From Octopus vulgaris (lineage: Eukaryota), in the NCBI GenBank assembly GCA_951406725.2, contig OX597831.1:20398001-20462000 (forward strand): DNA of 64,000 bases, read 5' to 3'. A program made the translations under genes and the position numbers. The notes under the pieces were generated by a model. That model was not told the origin of the DNA, searched no databases, and saw nothing but the letters and a program-made list of their open reading frames with translations. How positions within the stretch are numbered: the first letter of the stretch is position 1; each line of letters starts with the position of its first letter. Below are positions 1 to 13,689 of the stretch, in pieces.

Positions 1-319
1 ATGACAACAATGTCTGCTTACGACGGAGAAGTTAGTTGCAATGATGATGGTAAAGTACGCTAACGTCGTTTCGCGGTCAACGATAGACAATATCAAAATT
101 TATTTTAACCACCACGCAATCTTATTCAACAAACACACCAAGCAAACTTGTGTAGCTTTTAACGAACAACTCTACACAATGTTTCCTTTTGTTATGCTGA
201 CTCTCATCACATAGTTTTTTCACTAACTTACCTCTTTATCGTTACACACTTAGTATCATTCTTTCTTTCTTTCTTTTCTTTCTTTCTTTGGTCAATTCAT
301 TATCACCTTAATTTGTTTG

Positions 320-527
<208 letters not shown>

Positions 528-575
528 TATATGTACATATGTCCATGTATAAGTACATAAGTATATGCACATATA

Positions 576-815
576 ATCTTGATTCTTTTTGAACAGCTCA
601 GATGTTTTTTTTTGCTTTCTAAAAGCCAATTCAAAACAAAACTTAAACATTAGTGATTGTGAGATTCTCAGAGTTTGAGACTACCAAAGCACAAGACCAC
701 ATATATTTGGTAATTCTCTCTCTTGTTTCGCTTTGATCAATTTCGTATCTACTTTGATGCTTTCTTTTACCGTAAGTTCAATCAGATAAGATAACATTGA
801 AGAATATTATTCTAG
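576..815. repeat. Low-copy local ~240-bp module, copy 1 of 4
   Basis: Shares motifs such as ACCAAAG(C/A)ACAAGA, TTGTTTC(G/A)CTTT and AAGTTCAATCA with 10916-11150 and 14471-14790, and its 3' part with 7524-7625. Confidence 0.85.
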
Positions 816-1012
816 GACATCACTTTATATATGCACCAATATATATATAAATATATACATACGTGCATACATATACATGCATATATACATATATTCATAC
901 ATACATATATACATATACATATGTAAATACATTCATACATACATATACATAAGTACATACAAATACATATCCATACAGATATATATATATATGTATATAT
1001 ATATACACACAT

Positions 1013-1085
<73 letters not shown>

Positions 1086-1289
1086 TATATGTGTGTGTGT
1101 GTGTATGTGTGTATGTACATATATATATATATATATATATACATACATATATACATATATACATACTGTGCACACACACATATGCAACAAAGTTGAAAAT
1201 TGCTTCGTGTTTTTTCCTTGTTTTTTTTTGTCTTTCATCCCCTCTACTACACACACGCATACGTACATGTGCGGGTTTATCTAAGTATG

Positions 1290-1330
<41 letters not shown>

Positions 1331-1348
1331 TATATGTATATATATGTA

Positions 1349-1402
<54 letters not shown>

Positions 1403-1615
1403 CATATATATATGTATATATATGTATATATGTATATATATGTATATATGTATATATATGTATATATGTATATATATGTATATATATGTATATATGTATA
1501 TATGTGTATATATGTGTATATATGTATATATATGTATATATGTATATATGTATATATATGTATATATGCATATATATGTATATATGTTTATATATATAAA
1601 TATATATATATATAT
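1290..1615. repeat. (TA)n / (TATATG)n microsatellite
   Basis: Visible tandem tract. Confidence 0.95.
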
Positions 1616-2140
1616 GGTGTTATATTTCTTTTCGTTGTATATCCCGCTGTCCTTTAGTTCGTTCGTTCTGTGTCTATATTCCCATTGTGACCGACCAGTC
1701 GACCAAGCTAGAAATATGAAATTAAAAAAGAAGACGACGCCATGTCAACTGTTGACTGAGAATTCTTGTTCCCCTCTTTCTTTTTTCTTTGCTTGCTTGT
1801 TTCTTTCTTTCTTTCTTTTCCTGCCTTCATAACAATATTTAGAAGTTGTCGAGGAACGTTAATATTGATTGTGATCAACAATAGTGATTGTTGTTGTTGT
1901 TGTTGTTGTTTTCTACATTGATGATGATGTAATCGTGGTGGTGGTGCTGACGATAATAATGATGATGATGATGATGATGAGGTCGAAGAAGAGGAAGATG
2001 AAGATCATGATGATGATGGTGGTGATTGTGGCGATAGTGGCGCGAATAATAACGATGATGATATTGTTTGCTGTATGTAAATGACGTTCCTGTTAATGTT
2101 GGCACCCTCAAGGTTTAAAAAAAGAAGAAAAAAAACGAGA

Positions 2141-2396
2141 GAATTTGAACTCAGAACGTAACGGCAGACGAAATACCTATTTCTTTACAACCCACAGAGA
2201 GGACAAACAAGGGCAGACATACGGATTAAGTCGATTATATCGACCCCAGTGCCTAACTGGTACTTAATTTATCGACCCCGAAAGGATGAAAGGCAAAGTC
2301 GACCTCGGCGGAATTTGAACTCAGAACGTAGCGACGAGCGAAATACCGCGAAGCACTTCGCCCGGCGCGCTAACGTTTCTGCCAACTCGCCGCCTT
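2141..2396 (-). mobile_element. tRNA-derived SINE family B (AAGGCGGCGAGCTGGCAG head) with partial tandem duplication
   Basis: Near-identical to copies at 13438, 24641, 40583, 47440 and 60284. B-box GAGTTCAAATTCC. Central GTCGACTTTGCCTTTCATCCTTTCGGGGTCGATAAA resembles a Meta/Sauria-type SINE core (from recall). Confidence 0.85.
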
Positions 2397-2750
2397 TGCC
2401 AACTCGTCGCCTTTGCCGACTCGTCGCCTTATATATATGATAAAGGATTTATAAAAACATGTAACATGCTAATAAATATCTGTAAATATAAAAACATCCA
2501 GATTTCTGAGTACCTCATTTCTTGTAATATATACATATATATATTAAAAATTTTTAAAATTTTATTTTATCTAGTTTCAGCTCACGAGCTGTGGCCATGC
2601 TGGGGGTACCACCATTCGGTGTTGCTACATGATTTTACTTCACGAATGCTTTTTAGCAATTGCCATTTGGTGCATGAGAGAGTTCGATGCAGCTGCCCTC
2701 ATCTGCACCTCCTGTCGTGAAGTTGGTTCATCTGGGACACCTGACATCTA

Positions 2751-2995
<245 letters not shown>

Positions 2996-3084
2996 CATAC
3001 ATATACTAAATATTTCATTTATATGAGTATAGAGTGGTAATAAAAATCAAAGCGGTGATACCGAAAAAAAAAACCCCACTTTGG

Positions 3085-3443
3085 AATAAACTTCATTAGC
3101 TTACAGCCGTGTCAACTATAACATGTGGTGGACTCCTGATTGAATAACTGGATAATATCCTATAGTTTCAGCTGAGCCTTGAATATGAAGTGCGCTTTAA
3201 TTGGGAAAGTTACATGTTCAGATCATACAGGCGTTATGAGCGAGGAAGTTTATGTTGATGGTTATTGAAAGTTCTATCCCAGGGTAGGAAAAATACGCCT
3301 GCATGTTCTGAAAATGTAACTTCCCAAATAAAGTCTTCTTCATATTGAACGCTCTGATGAAGCTATAGAATGTTATCCTGGTACTTAACTAAGTGTCCAC
3401 CACATCCTATTGCAGAAACAGTTGTAAGATAATGAAGTTCATT
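3085..3443. mobile_element. MITE with ~50-bp imperfect TIRs (AATRAACTTCATTAGCTTACAG...GTGGTGGAC)
   Basis: 3085-3135 is an imperfect reverse complement of 3393-3443; the same TIR occurs at 7338-7486. Confidence 0.75.
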
Positions 3444-3876
3444 ACACAACATTTGATTTTTACCGATGTCATCTCTTTGTTTTATACAGCAGGCCAAAGG
3501 AAATACTTCTTCTTCCCTCTCCCCTCCCCTTTTTCTCTTTAGCCTTAGATACAAACGCACACACACACACACACATACACACACACATACACACACACAC
3601 ACATACACATACACACATGTTCTCTCTCTCACTTCCTCCTCACCCACCTCACCCTCTTATACTATCTTGTTCCTCCTCACTACTACGAAACTCTATAAAA
3701 TGACCAAATTCCCCACAAAGGAATTGATTTGATTTGAAAACCCCACTGAAATGGGAGAAAGCGCTAATAATCCGAATGATATGATCTGAATGATATGATA
3801 TATATATGTAAAAAATGTAATATATAAATAAATATCTATAAATATGAACCATCCGATCTTCTGATTACCTCATTTC

Positions 3877-3925
<49 letters not shown>

Positions 3926-4717
3926 GAATCAAAGTATAAAAAGAAATTGTGTACAGAACCATTCACGGTTGTCAAAATATACTCTTACCATTATCCAGAT
4001 TACCGCGCTTGCCATTACAACAAAAGTGATCTGGCACGATCCGTCTATATAAATTAACGTAAATATCAGTACGCAAACTATTTTCTATATTAACAATCCA
4101 GTCTGTTACAGAGGAATCCTTGATATTTCGTAGTATTTAACCCAAGGGTGTATAAAGATCATTTCATGTTTTATTTATTTAACATTTAACGTTGCTTTCA
4201 CACTGAAAACTTCTATGCTATTGTAATTTGAAAACACCTACAGCATACTAACGTTAGTGCATGATAAAGTAAATGGTTAAGATTTTTCCATTATAGACAT
4301 TGAAATAAAATTAAAGTAGGCACTTAAGAAGCATGATGTATGTCTATGTATGTATATATGTGTGTGTATGTTTGTGTTAGTATGTATATATATATATATT
4401 TATATACATACATTAGTGTGTATATGCATAAGTAGATATGCGCGTGTCTGTGTATGTGTGTGTGTGTGTGTGTGCCTTTTTACGATATATACAATATATA
4501 TGTACCTGCATTTGTTAAAATGTACGTCTATGTGTAAGGACAAGCGAGATGATGAGAAAGATACACATGTGGGGATTGACGGAGAAGAAGAGTGGCGTCA
4601 TGGAGAGAAAGCAAGAATTGAACAAGAGGAGCAAATTGAACATAAGCAACCAATGATAAATACGAAAAATAGATGGATGGATGGATGGATAGAAGGTGAG
4701 AAAGGATGAGAGAGAAG

Positions 4718-4772
<55 letters not shown>

Positions 4773-5564
4773 ATAGACAGACATATCAGATCAGATAAAC
4801 AGGTCGATAGATAGAAATATAGACAGACAGGCAGACAGATAAGCAGATAAACAAACAGATAGATAATCAGACAGACACATAGAGATAGGCAGACAGATAA
4901 ACAGACAGACAACCAGATAAACAGATAGATTGAAAGATAGATAGATAGGTAAATAGATAGATAGATAGATAACAAAATGATGCAGAGTGGAGTTTTCGTA
5001 AAACTAGAAGACATTAAGAAAAGACCGAGTCTCTGAAGTCACAGAAAGGGGACTGGAAGACCCTCAAGAACAAGGCCCAAATAACATCCACAGGTATGGA
5101 ACAGAGTGTTTCTAATGGTGAACGACGGCATATTTAATGTAAACCTGTTCCCAAAATAGTAAGTAAACAAATACTGAGATCTCTATGCTAACAATAAGTG
5201 ATCACTACGAGGTGACACTTGGTGGTTGATGAGTGATAAAGACCCTGTCAAGAGATCCCTTCATTTCTTTACAATTACGTAACGGCTGTTTCGTTAATAC
5301 TTATATTTTTTTGTGTTTGCTTTTTCATGATTCGTTGTTTTTTTTTTTACTTCTTTTACTTATTAGATTTTATTGCAAAGGAGAGTTTGTGAATATGAAT
5401 GTTGTAGGCTCTTAAATATTAGACAGATCGATGAGACTAATGTTCGATCTGTACTTGCTGAACGACAGTTAATGTTATTTACTGAGTTTATTGCTTTACT
5501 GATCAAAAAATTTCAGCGTCAATATCAAAAACAACAATATCAGCATGAACAAAATCGACAACAA

Positions 5565-5779
5565 ACACCAGCACCACCAGCACCACCACCACCACCAGCA
5601 CCACTAGCACCAGCACCAGAACCTCCACCAGCACCAGCACCAGCACCAGCACCAGTACCAGCACCAGCACCAGCACCAGCACCACCTCCACCACCAGCAC
5701 CACCTCCACCACCAGCACCAGCACCAGCACCATCATCACCACCACAACCACCACCACCACCACCACCACCACCACCACC

Positions 5780-5825
<46 letters not shown>

Positions 5826-5920
5826 GTTTCAACATTAACAGTGATAGCAGCAGCGACAACAACAACAACAACAACAACAATAACAACAAAAATAACTAGA
5901 ACAACATCAGCAGCAACAAC
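5565..5920. repeat. (CCA/GCA/CAA)n trinucleotide tract
   Basis: Visible; explains ORF 5373-6107. Confidence 0.9.
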
Positions 5921-6420
5921 AAAAAAAAATTATGACAATATCAAAGCAAAACAAAATCATCATCATCATTCGCATCACATTAACAAGAACATTGACAAAA
6001 AGCGACTACAATTCCAATCGTACACTGCAGCAGCGAAGACTGGGGAGTGTTGGAGGGGGGGGGGGGGGTTCGTAACTCGCCGAAAAAAAGAAGGAAGCAA
6101 AAGATGAATGAATGACAGTCGATGATTAATTTAAGTTCTATCTGTTTCTCTTGGGGTTTCATTTTCAAGTATTGGTTTTACACCCCACACACACACAACA
6201 CACCTACACATATACGAACACACACATACACGCACACATACACATGGGGCGGTTTCTTCCCCTGTCAGTGTATATGTATACATTTGGTGTTTTCATAAAA
6301 TACAAGGAGTATTTTACTCCTGTTCAAACAATGTTGGAGTCTCGTCACCCTTATTAATATTTCGTGACGATTGAAGTTTCCTTTATGGTATTATATTGCG
6401 TCTAGCTGTTTATATTAATT

Positions 6421-6482
<62 letters not shown>

Positions 6483-6484
<2 letters not shown>

Positions 6485-6584
6485 CGCAGGAGTGGCTGTG
6501 TGGCACCTTGGGCAAGTGTCTTCTTACTATAGCCTCAGGCTATTGTGAATGGTTTTATTGGACGGAAACTGAAAGAAACCCGTC

Positions 6585-6671
<87 letters not shown>

Positions 6672-7154
6672 TGTGCGTGTGTGAGTGTTTTTGCCCCCCA
6701 ACATCGCTTGACAACCGATGATAGTGTATTTACAACCCCGTAACTTAGCGGTTCGCCAAAAAAACAACAACCCGATAGGATAAGTACTAAGCTTACAGAG
6801 AATAAGTTCTGGGGTTGATTTTCTCGACTGAAGGCGGTGCTCCACCATGAGCGCAGTCAAATGACTGAAAGAACTAAAAAAAAGTAAAAGAGGAGTGGCT
6901 GTGTGGTAAGTAGCTTGCTAACCAGCCACATGGTTCCGGGTTCAGGCCCCACTGCGTGGCATCTTGGGCAAGTGTCTTCTGCTATAGCCCCGGGCCGACC
7001 AATGCCTTGTGAGTGGATTTGGTAGACGGAAACTGAAAGAAGCCTGTCGTATATATGTATATATATATATAAGTGTGTGTGTATATGTTTGTGTGTCTGT
7101 GTTTGTCCCCCTAGCATTGCTTGACAACCGATGCTGGTGTGTTTACGTCCCCGT
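6483..7154 (+). mobile_element. Two adjacent SINE family A copies (GGCGCAGGAGTGGCTGTGTGGTAAG head); first internally deleted, second 3'-truncated
   Basis: Match to full copies at 26226, 59812 and 61948. Confidence 0.85.
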
Positions 7155-7337
7155 TACAAGTTGAGGAATAGCGCCGCAACAATGACTTGTAGAGGAAAAT
7201 GTTTGTAATCGAAAATCTCACCTGTTACCGTTTCGTGCTTGGAAATATAACGAACTAAAATATAATTTGATGTAGTTGGTAAGAAAGCTACTTACTACAC
7301 AGCCACTCCTGCCCCTTAAAGGGAAAAACGGTTATGT

Positions 7338-7486
7338 TATGAACTTCATTTGCTTACACGTGTTTCTGCTATGATTTACACCTGATATTCGAGGCTCGTA
7401 TGGAGCTATAAGGTGGTGCTCAGGCACTCAACTATGTGTCCACTGTGTCTTATAGCAGAAACAGTCATAAGCTAATGAAGTTCATA
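7338..7486. mobile_element. Short MITE, same TIR family as 3085-3443
   Basis: TATGAACTTCATTTGCTTA...TAAGCTAATGAAGTTCATA inverted ends. Confidence 0.75.
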
Positions 7487-7504
7487 GGATAATTTTGTAT
7501 TTCT

Positions 7505-8194
7505 TTGGCCGGATTAAGACCCATCTCTTGTTTCGCTTTGATCAATTTCGTATCTACTTTGATGCTTTCTTTTACCGTAAGTTCAATCAGATAGGATAAC
7601 ATTGAAGAATATTATTCTAGGACATCACTTTATATATGTACCAATATATATAAATATATAAATACATACATACATATACATGCATATATACATATATTCA
7701 TACATACATATATACATATACAAATACATTCATACATACATATACATAAGTACATACAAATACATATCCATACAGATATATATATATATAAGACCCTAAG
7801 CACTTAAAAGGTCTTGGTACCTCCATAAAAGATTACGTAATTCAAAATATAAACAATAACAAGCCATAAAATTAATTTTTATTTCTCAAAATGAAACAAA
7901 ACGGTAAGAGGGAAAATAGTGTTTATTTTTGTATACTTCCATTTTATTTATATTTGAAAAGTTTCCTCCTACTTTTTCGAATTGCAAAGTCTTTGATCAG
8001 ATCCTCAAAATTAATCTTAAGTAACACATCTGCATCTGTACCTAGTAGGGATAAAGGCATCCCGAATATCATTTTAGCAAGTTTAAAGTAATTTCTTTTT
8101 GTGCCGTAAACCACTTACCATTTCTGTGGTGCCCCCTCCTTCTCGTGATGCCCTAAGCACATGCTTATCTTGCTTAATGGTTAATCCAGCGCTG
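7505..8194 (-). mobile_element. Degenerate hAT-like non-autonomous element
   Basis: Ends GGCCGGATTAA and TTAATCCAGCGCTG. Minus-strand ~7960-8040 reads INFEDLIKDFAIRKSRRK, like a hAT transposase C-terminus. Confidence 0.55.
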
Positions 8195-8251
8195 CATATA
8201 TATATATATTGATTTCTATACCAGGTTATTAGTCCTGCAATGCCTAAAAGA

Positions 8252-8337
<86 letters not shown>

Positions 8338-8644
8338 CCTATCTATCTATCTATCTATGTGTGTGTATGTGTGTGTGTGTTTGCTTGTGTGTTTGTGTGT
8401 GTGTACAAATATATATATGTATATATTTGTACACACGCACCCACACGCACATATGTATGTAACATAATCACTGATGAAAAAACTACTGTTATGCATTGTG
8501 CTATGAGGTGGCAACCGAAAGGTAATTTAAAATCTCCAAGGGTAAAATTGATGGATGCTGGTTAACTTTAGAAGTATGTGAGAAATAAAAACAAAGCGGG
8601 GGGGGGGGAGGAAAACTGAAAATAACGAATGATACTATAAAATA

Positions 8645-9876
8645 CAGGGTGTTCAAAGAGTTTTTCTGCAGTAAGTATTTTATTGAAAAATAAATATTTA
8701 CAGGATGGTATAAGACTACAAAAGAATATATTAGACTTTTATAAGAGGTGCTGAAGAGTCGTCCTTCATTTTGAATATATAAGTTGACTATTCTACTCAA
8801 GTTTTGAAATACATCTGGAGCGCCTGACGCAGTATGGACCGTATGAAGGTTATGATTGCATCTTTTAGCTCATTAATGGTTTTCGGGCGATTCTTGTTCA
8901 CTGATCCTTTACTTGCTCCTCAGAAAAAAATGTCTGGCGGTTTTAAATCAGGTGATCTTACCGACCAAAGTCCCTTTGAAATAATCCGTTCACCGAAAAA
9001 CTCTTGGAGTAGCGCCATGGTGATGCGTGAAGTATGAACTGTAGCTCCATTTTGCAGAAAGTATGCATTATTAATTTCACTTTCAGGAAGTTGGCCTACA
9101 AATGGATAAACACTATTTGAGCAATATTTCACGGCGTTGATGGTACCTTCAAAAAATATCGGTCTCACAGTACGCTTTTTCGAAATTACTACCCATACTC
9201 CAAATTTTTCGGGATACGGAGGTTGCTCTTGGGTCGCGTGTGGATTCTCAGTGCTCCATAACCTTGTGTTTTGCGAATTTAAATGTCCCTACAGATGAAA
9301 CCAAGTCGGTGCAAAAACACCCATCCAACACTTGTATGCCTTTTTCGGCAACAAAGTTTTGGAACCAATGACAATAATGAAGCCTTTTAGCATGATCCGC
9401 AGTCTCCAATTCTTGAATGGCCAGCACTTTGTATGGAAAGAAATTTAATTTCTTTTTAACTGTCGTGTGAGCACTTCCTAGGCTGATTTCCGTTTCTATG
9501 ACAATTTGCGTAAAAACTTTGATGGGTTTTCCAACAGTTTATCAGAAATACTGGAGAGTGTTTCGTCTGAAAGAACAGTAGGCCTACCGCTTCTTGCTAC
9601 ATCTCCCACTGAGCCTGTGTTTCTAAATTTTCTTATCAAATCCCGCACAGTGTCACGATGTGGAACAGCAGCATTTGGAAAAGTTTCATTGAACTTCTGT
9701 TTCATAGTATTCAACTAAAAACGTACGTTCTTCAATGGTTAGCATGTCGACACGCTGAAAGGTACACGATGACTGAGGGACATTGGCTGACACCCGACCA
9801 CCCACGCAGTGATAGCTAAGTTGCGCATGCGCAGGATGAAAAGCATTCACTGCAGATAGACCTTTTGAACACCCTG
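8645..9876 (-). mobile_element. Full-length decayed Tc1/mariner (ITm) transposon
   Basis: TIRs CAGGGTGTTCAAA / TTTGAACACCCTG with TA on both sides; ~1.23 kb. Confidence 0.92.
8739..9745 (-). pseudogene. Frameshifted DDxD-type transposase
   Basis: HTH-type start MLTIEERTFLVEY...KFRNTGSVGD..RSGRP; catalytic region QNGATVH...WSVRSPDLKPPD (second Asp replaced by Asn; 38 residues to the last D); several frameshifts. Confidence 0.88.
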
Positions 9877-10109
9877 TACAATAGCGGATTAGTTATTATT
9901 TTCAGTCACAGAAAAAGAAATGATAATACCTTGACGTTTAGGACGTAGGCCTTTCTTCAAAAGATCGAGCGAGAGAGAAGTGAAGAAAATAAACGGAAAG
10001 AATATAGAAAAAATATGAAATGGAAGGTAAATGAACGCGTGTATTGCTAAATGAAATCTATTTTGATAAAACCATATACACATAACATACAGAAAGCTGC
10101 CCGAGCTAG

Positions 10110-10200
<91 letters not shown>

Positions 10201-10202
<2 letters not shown>

Positions 10203-10381
10203 TCATCATCATCATTTAGCGTCCGCTTTCCATGCTAGCATGGGTTGGACGGGTCAACTGGGGTCTGTGAAGCTGGAAGGCTTCGTCAGGCCCAGTCAGA
10301 TCTGGCAGTGTTTCTACGGCTGGATGCCTTCCTAACGCCAACCACTCCGCGATTGTAGTGGGTGTTTTTTACGTGACACCT
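10201..10381 (-). mobile_element. SINE 3' portion with (ATG)n tail
   Basis: Minus strand GGCGTTAGGAAGGCATCCAGCCGTAGAAAC resembles a Nin/Deu-type SINE core (from recall); (CAT)n tail on the + strand. Confidence 0.6.
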
Positions 10382-10629
10382 GCATATATATATATATATA
10401 TATATATATACTGTATATATATATATGTTAGTATCACAACACACCACCCACACACCAGCACTGACCAATTCCCATCCTCACATTTTTCACACCTACACAT
10501 GCACACACGCACACGTCAAGACCACCAGCCCTCTCTTATACACACACGCACCTTCGTTCTGGCGGTCATCTTTACTTTGTTATCTCCCCTACTTCTTCGT
10601 TCTCATGTGTGACCCTTCTGTCCGGTAGT

Positions 10630-10825
10630 CACCATGATAGATCGGTAGCCACTACACACATTTTTATTCTCTCCGTGTTTTTTTTTCTGTGTCCCTTTCT
10701 GTAGAAAAGCGTAGGCTCGAAACGTAAATGACTTTTTCTATTCCTGAGCGTTATACTAATACATTTGTTTGTCTTCTACACCACCTGTCTTCGTCTTTTG
10801 TTTTTTTTTTTCGTGAACTCTCCCA
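10630..10825 (+). mobile_element. Penelope-like repeat fragment with degenerate hammerhead motif
   Basis: CTGTAGA-A-AAGC-gtag-GCTC-GAAA-CG-TA at 10699-10726. Confidence 0.5.
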
Positions 10826-10915
10826 TATATGTTAGTATACACTGACATACAATGGGACTGATACATAAGCATACACACATACGCACACATGCACACATAC
10901 ATACACACGTATTCT

Positions 10916-11150
10916 CGATTCTTTCTTAATAGTGCAGATGTGATTTTTGTTTTCAAAAACCCAATTGAAAACAACCTTAAACATTACTGATAGTGAGATT
11001 GTCAAAGATGCAGACGACCAAAGAACAAGAATCACAGATATTTGGTAATTCGCTCTCTTGTTTCACTTTGATCAACTTCGTATCTACTTTGAGGATTTCA
11101 TTTACCAAAAGTTCAATCAATCAGATAACAATGGACAACGTTATTCTATC
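10916..11150. repeat. Low-copy local module, copy 3
   Basis: Diverged match to 576-815. Confidence 0.8.
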
Positions 11151-11189
11151 ATATCGCTATGTATGTGTGTGTATCTATGGAAGTTCGTC

Positions 11190-11245
<56 letters not shown>

Positions 11246-11374
11246 TGTATGTATGCATGTGTGTATGTATATGCATATGTATAAGCACACATATACATAT
11301 ATGAATACATACACTCACATTTATACATATATATTTATATTTACACATGTGCATACATACGTGCATACATACAC

Positions 11375-11476
<102 letters not shown>

Positions 11477-11693
11477 CGATAAGCCACGTTTCTAACAGCA
11501 TAAGTAGGCCTCAGTATCGTTGGAATTAGAAAGATAAATGTAGATAAATGACACTAGCATGGCACACTTACATTGAGAACTCTAAGTTTCTCGACAGTGA
11601 TTTATTCTTGTTTATTTATATTAGTTATTATTCAGCTGATGCAAACATGTTTAATACAGGAGAAAACTGAAATGTAAATATGTCATGCCTATA

Positions 11694-11848
<155 letters not shown>

Positions 11849-12237
11849 CAGTTATGGAGTGGAGTGGAGAAGACCTGGGCTACATATGATTAAAGATATC
11901 CTTGGCCTGAAGAGTAGCCTGCAGTATACACCTCACCTGAATATTTACCACTTCTGAGGTTCCGCTCGCTATGAAATATATGTAGCCCGGATCGTATCTA
12001 CTCTATTCCGTAACTCTTGTAATTTTTAATTTTTAATCTCACACCCGGCAACCTTGGTCGCCTACTGTGGAATATAAAAAGAACTTTTTTCAGTTTATAG
12101 CACTTCGATACGAAAAAATCCCACAACCTTACGTCTCAATAAACCACTGTTGTCCCTGAAAGTTGTTTTTTTAAAAATATTTACTAGGGATTGCTTATAG
12201 CTAACTTTCTTCCTACAGCTCGATCCCTGCATCTTAC

Positions 12238-12291
<54 letters not shown>

Positions 12292-12295
12292 TATA

Positions 12296-12482
12296 CCGTA
12301 TTTGACGGCATATAGGACGCACTTTTTTCCAAAAAATTTGGCTCAAAAAATCGCCCTGCGTCTAATATGCGAAGTCAAGACCCTCCCGTAGGCTAATCTT
12401 CTCCCAGACGCTCACTAACCTAGCTTACGATAAGTATTTCTACCTACGCTAACGCCTTAATGATATTTTCCGTAATATTGCT

Positions 12483-12564
<82 letters not shown>

Positions 12565-12731
12565 GTATTATTACTTTAAAATACGAATTATCGTAAAAAT
12601 CAAAGCAATCTATTGCATATATCTATGCAATATATGCTTAAATACTCTTAAAACATTTTTTCCTGAATTTGACCTGCTGAAATGAGGGTGCGTCTAATAT
12701 GCCAGTGCGTCTAATATGCCATCAAATACGG
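12296..12731. mobile_element. MITE of the Tc1/pogo type
   Basis: TA-CCGTATTTGACGGCATATAGGACGCAC...GTGCGTCTAATATGCCATCAAATACGG-TA; subterminal GCGTCTAATATGC repeats. Confidence 0.88.
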
Positions 12732-12931
12732 TAATCGTCTCCCTGATAGTAAACTGCAGTTTTCTGCGGAATTTTACTCGTTAGCACACGTGGGTGAGTG
12801 AGGAGGAATACGAAATCTCATTCGTCTGTTTGAATTCGGAAGTACTGGTCTTTGGATAGATGCTGTTTGATGACGCTTGGTCAAATACGTATGTTTAATT
12901 ATCAGTGCTCTCAAATTTCAAAATTTGAAAT

Positions 12932-13014
12932 ACTGTACTGATGAAGAGAATGAGTGAGTAGAAATATGATTTTATATTATTCACACCCCTCTAACTCCGA
13001 AATGCGTATACAGT
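12932..13014 (+). ncRNA. Type I minimal hammerhead ribozyme with long stem II
   Basis: Stem I ACTGTA/TACAGT; core CTGATGA 12938-44; stem II GAG/CTC plus GTGAGTA/TATTCAC; GAAA 12999-13002; TGCG loop; GUA cleavage triplet 13006-08. Confidence 0.75.
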
Positions 13015-13243
13015 TAATCAGAGCCAGGTGGATTCGTTATTTTTTTCTCTTTAACTGCGTGAGTTCTTGAGTATTGCTGTCTGGGAGATAACCTTTGGTA
13101 GTTGAATAGTAATTTAACTGCTATTTCTAAATTTCGGTATGTGGTGAAGCAAATTTTGCTGAACCCTAATTATAATTATAGTCATTATTATAGAATATTT
13201 ATATATATGTATACATAGGTATGGTGATGCATACATACATACA

Positions 13244-13323
<80 letters not shown>

Positions 13324-13437
13324 TACACACACAGAACCAATTATGCTGATAAAGAATCTAAATATAACAGCTTCAGTCTAAGTTTGTATCATTTGAGCGC
13401 TACTACACTGAGAATCTTTGGATTTCGTCTGTTGACT

Positions 13438-13655
13438 AGGCGACGAGCTGGCAGAATCGTTAGCACACCGGGCGAAATGGTTAGTGGTATTTCGTCTGCT
13501 ATTACGTTTTGAGTTCAAATTCCGCCGAGGTAGATTTTTGCCTTTCATCCTTTTAGGGTCGATTAAAGAAGTACCAGTTGCACACTGGTCTCGAAGTAAT
13601 CGTCTTAATCCCTTTGCCTGTCCTTGTTTGTCCCCTCTTGTTTGTCCACTGTGAG

Positions 13656-13657
<2 letters not shown>
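13438..13657 (+). mobile_element. SINE family B
   Basis: Match to other family B copies. Confidence 0.85.

Positions 13658-13689
<32 letters not shown>

Noticed and set aside
1-63. ATG at base 1 (MTTMSAYDGEVSCNDD) as a coding exon, phase-compatible with 15366
   Set aside because: Weak and ambiguous donors (GTAAAG or GTACGC), no upstream context and no recognisable homology
5367-5403. Possible exon TTAG|...FYCKGEFVNMNV|GTAGGC
   Set aside because: Splice-like signals are common in T-rich DNA, and it cannot be joined to a supported gene model
5373-6107. 244-aa Pro/Thr-rich ORF
   Set aside because: Non-ATG start, mostly (CCA/GCA/CAA)n tract, also open on the opposite strand, and no recognisable domain
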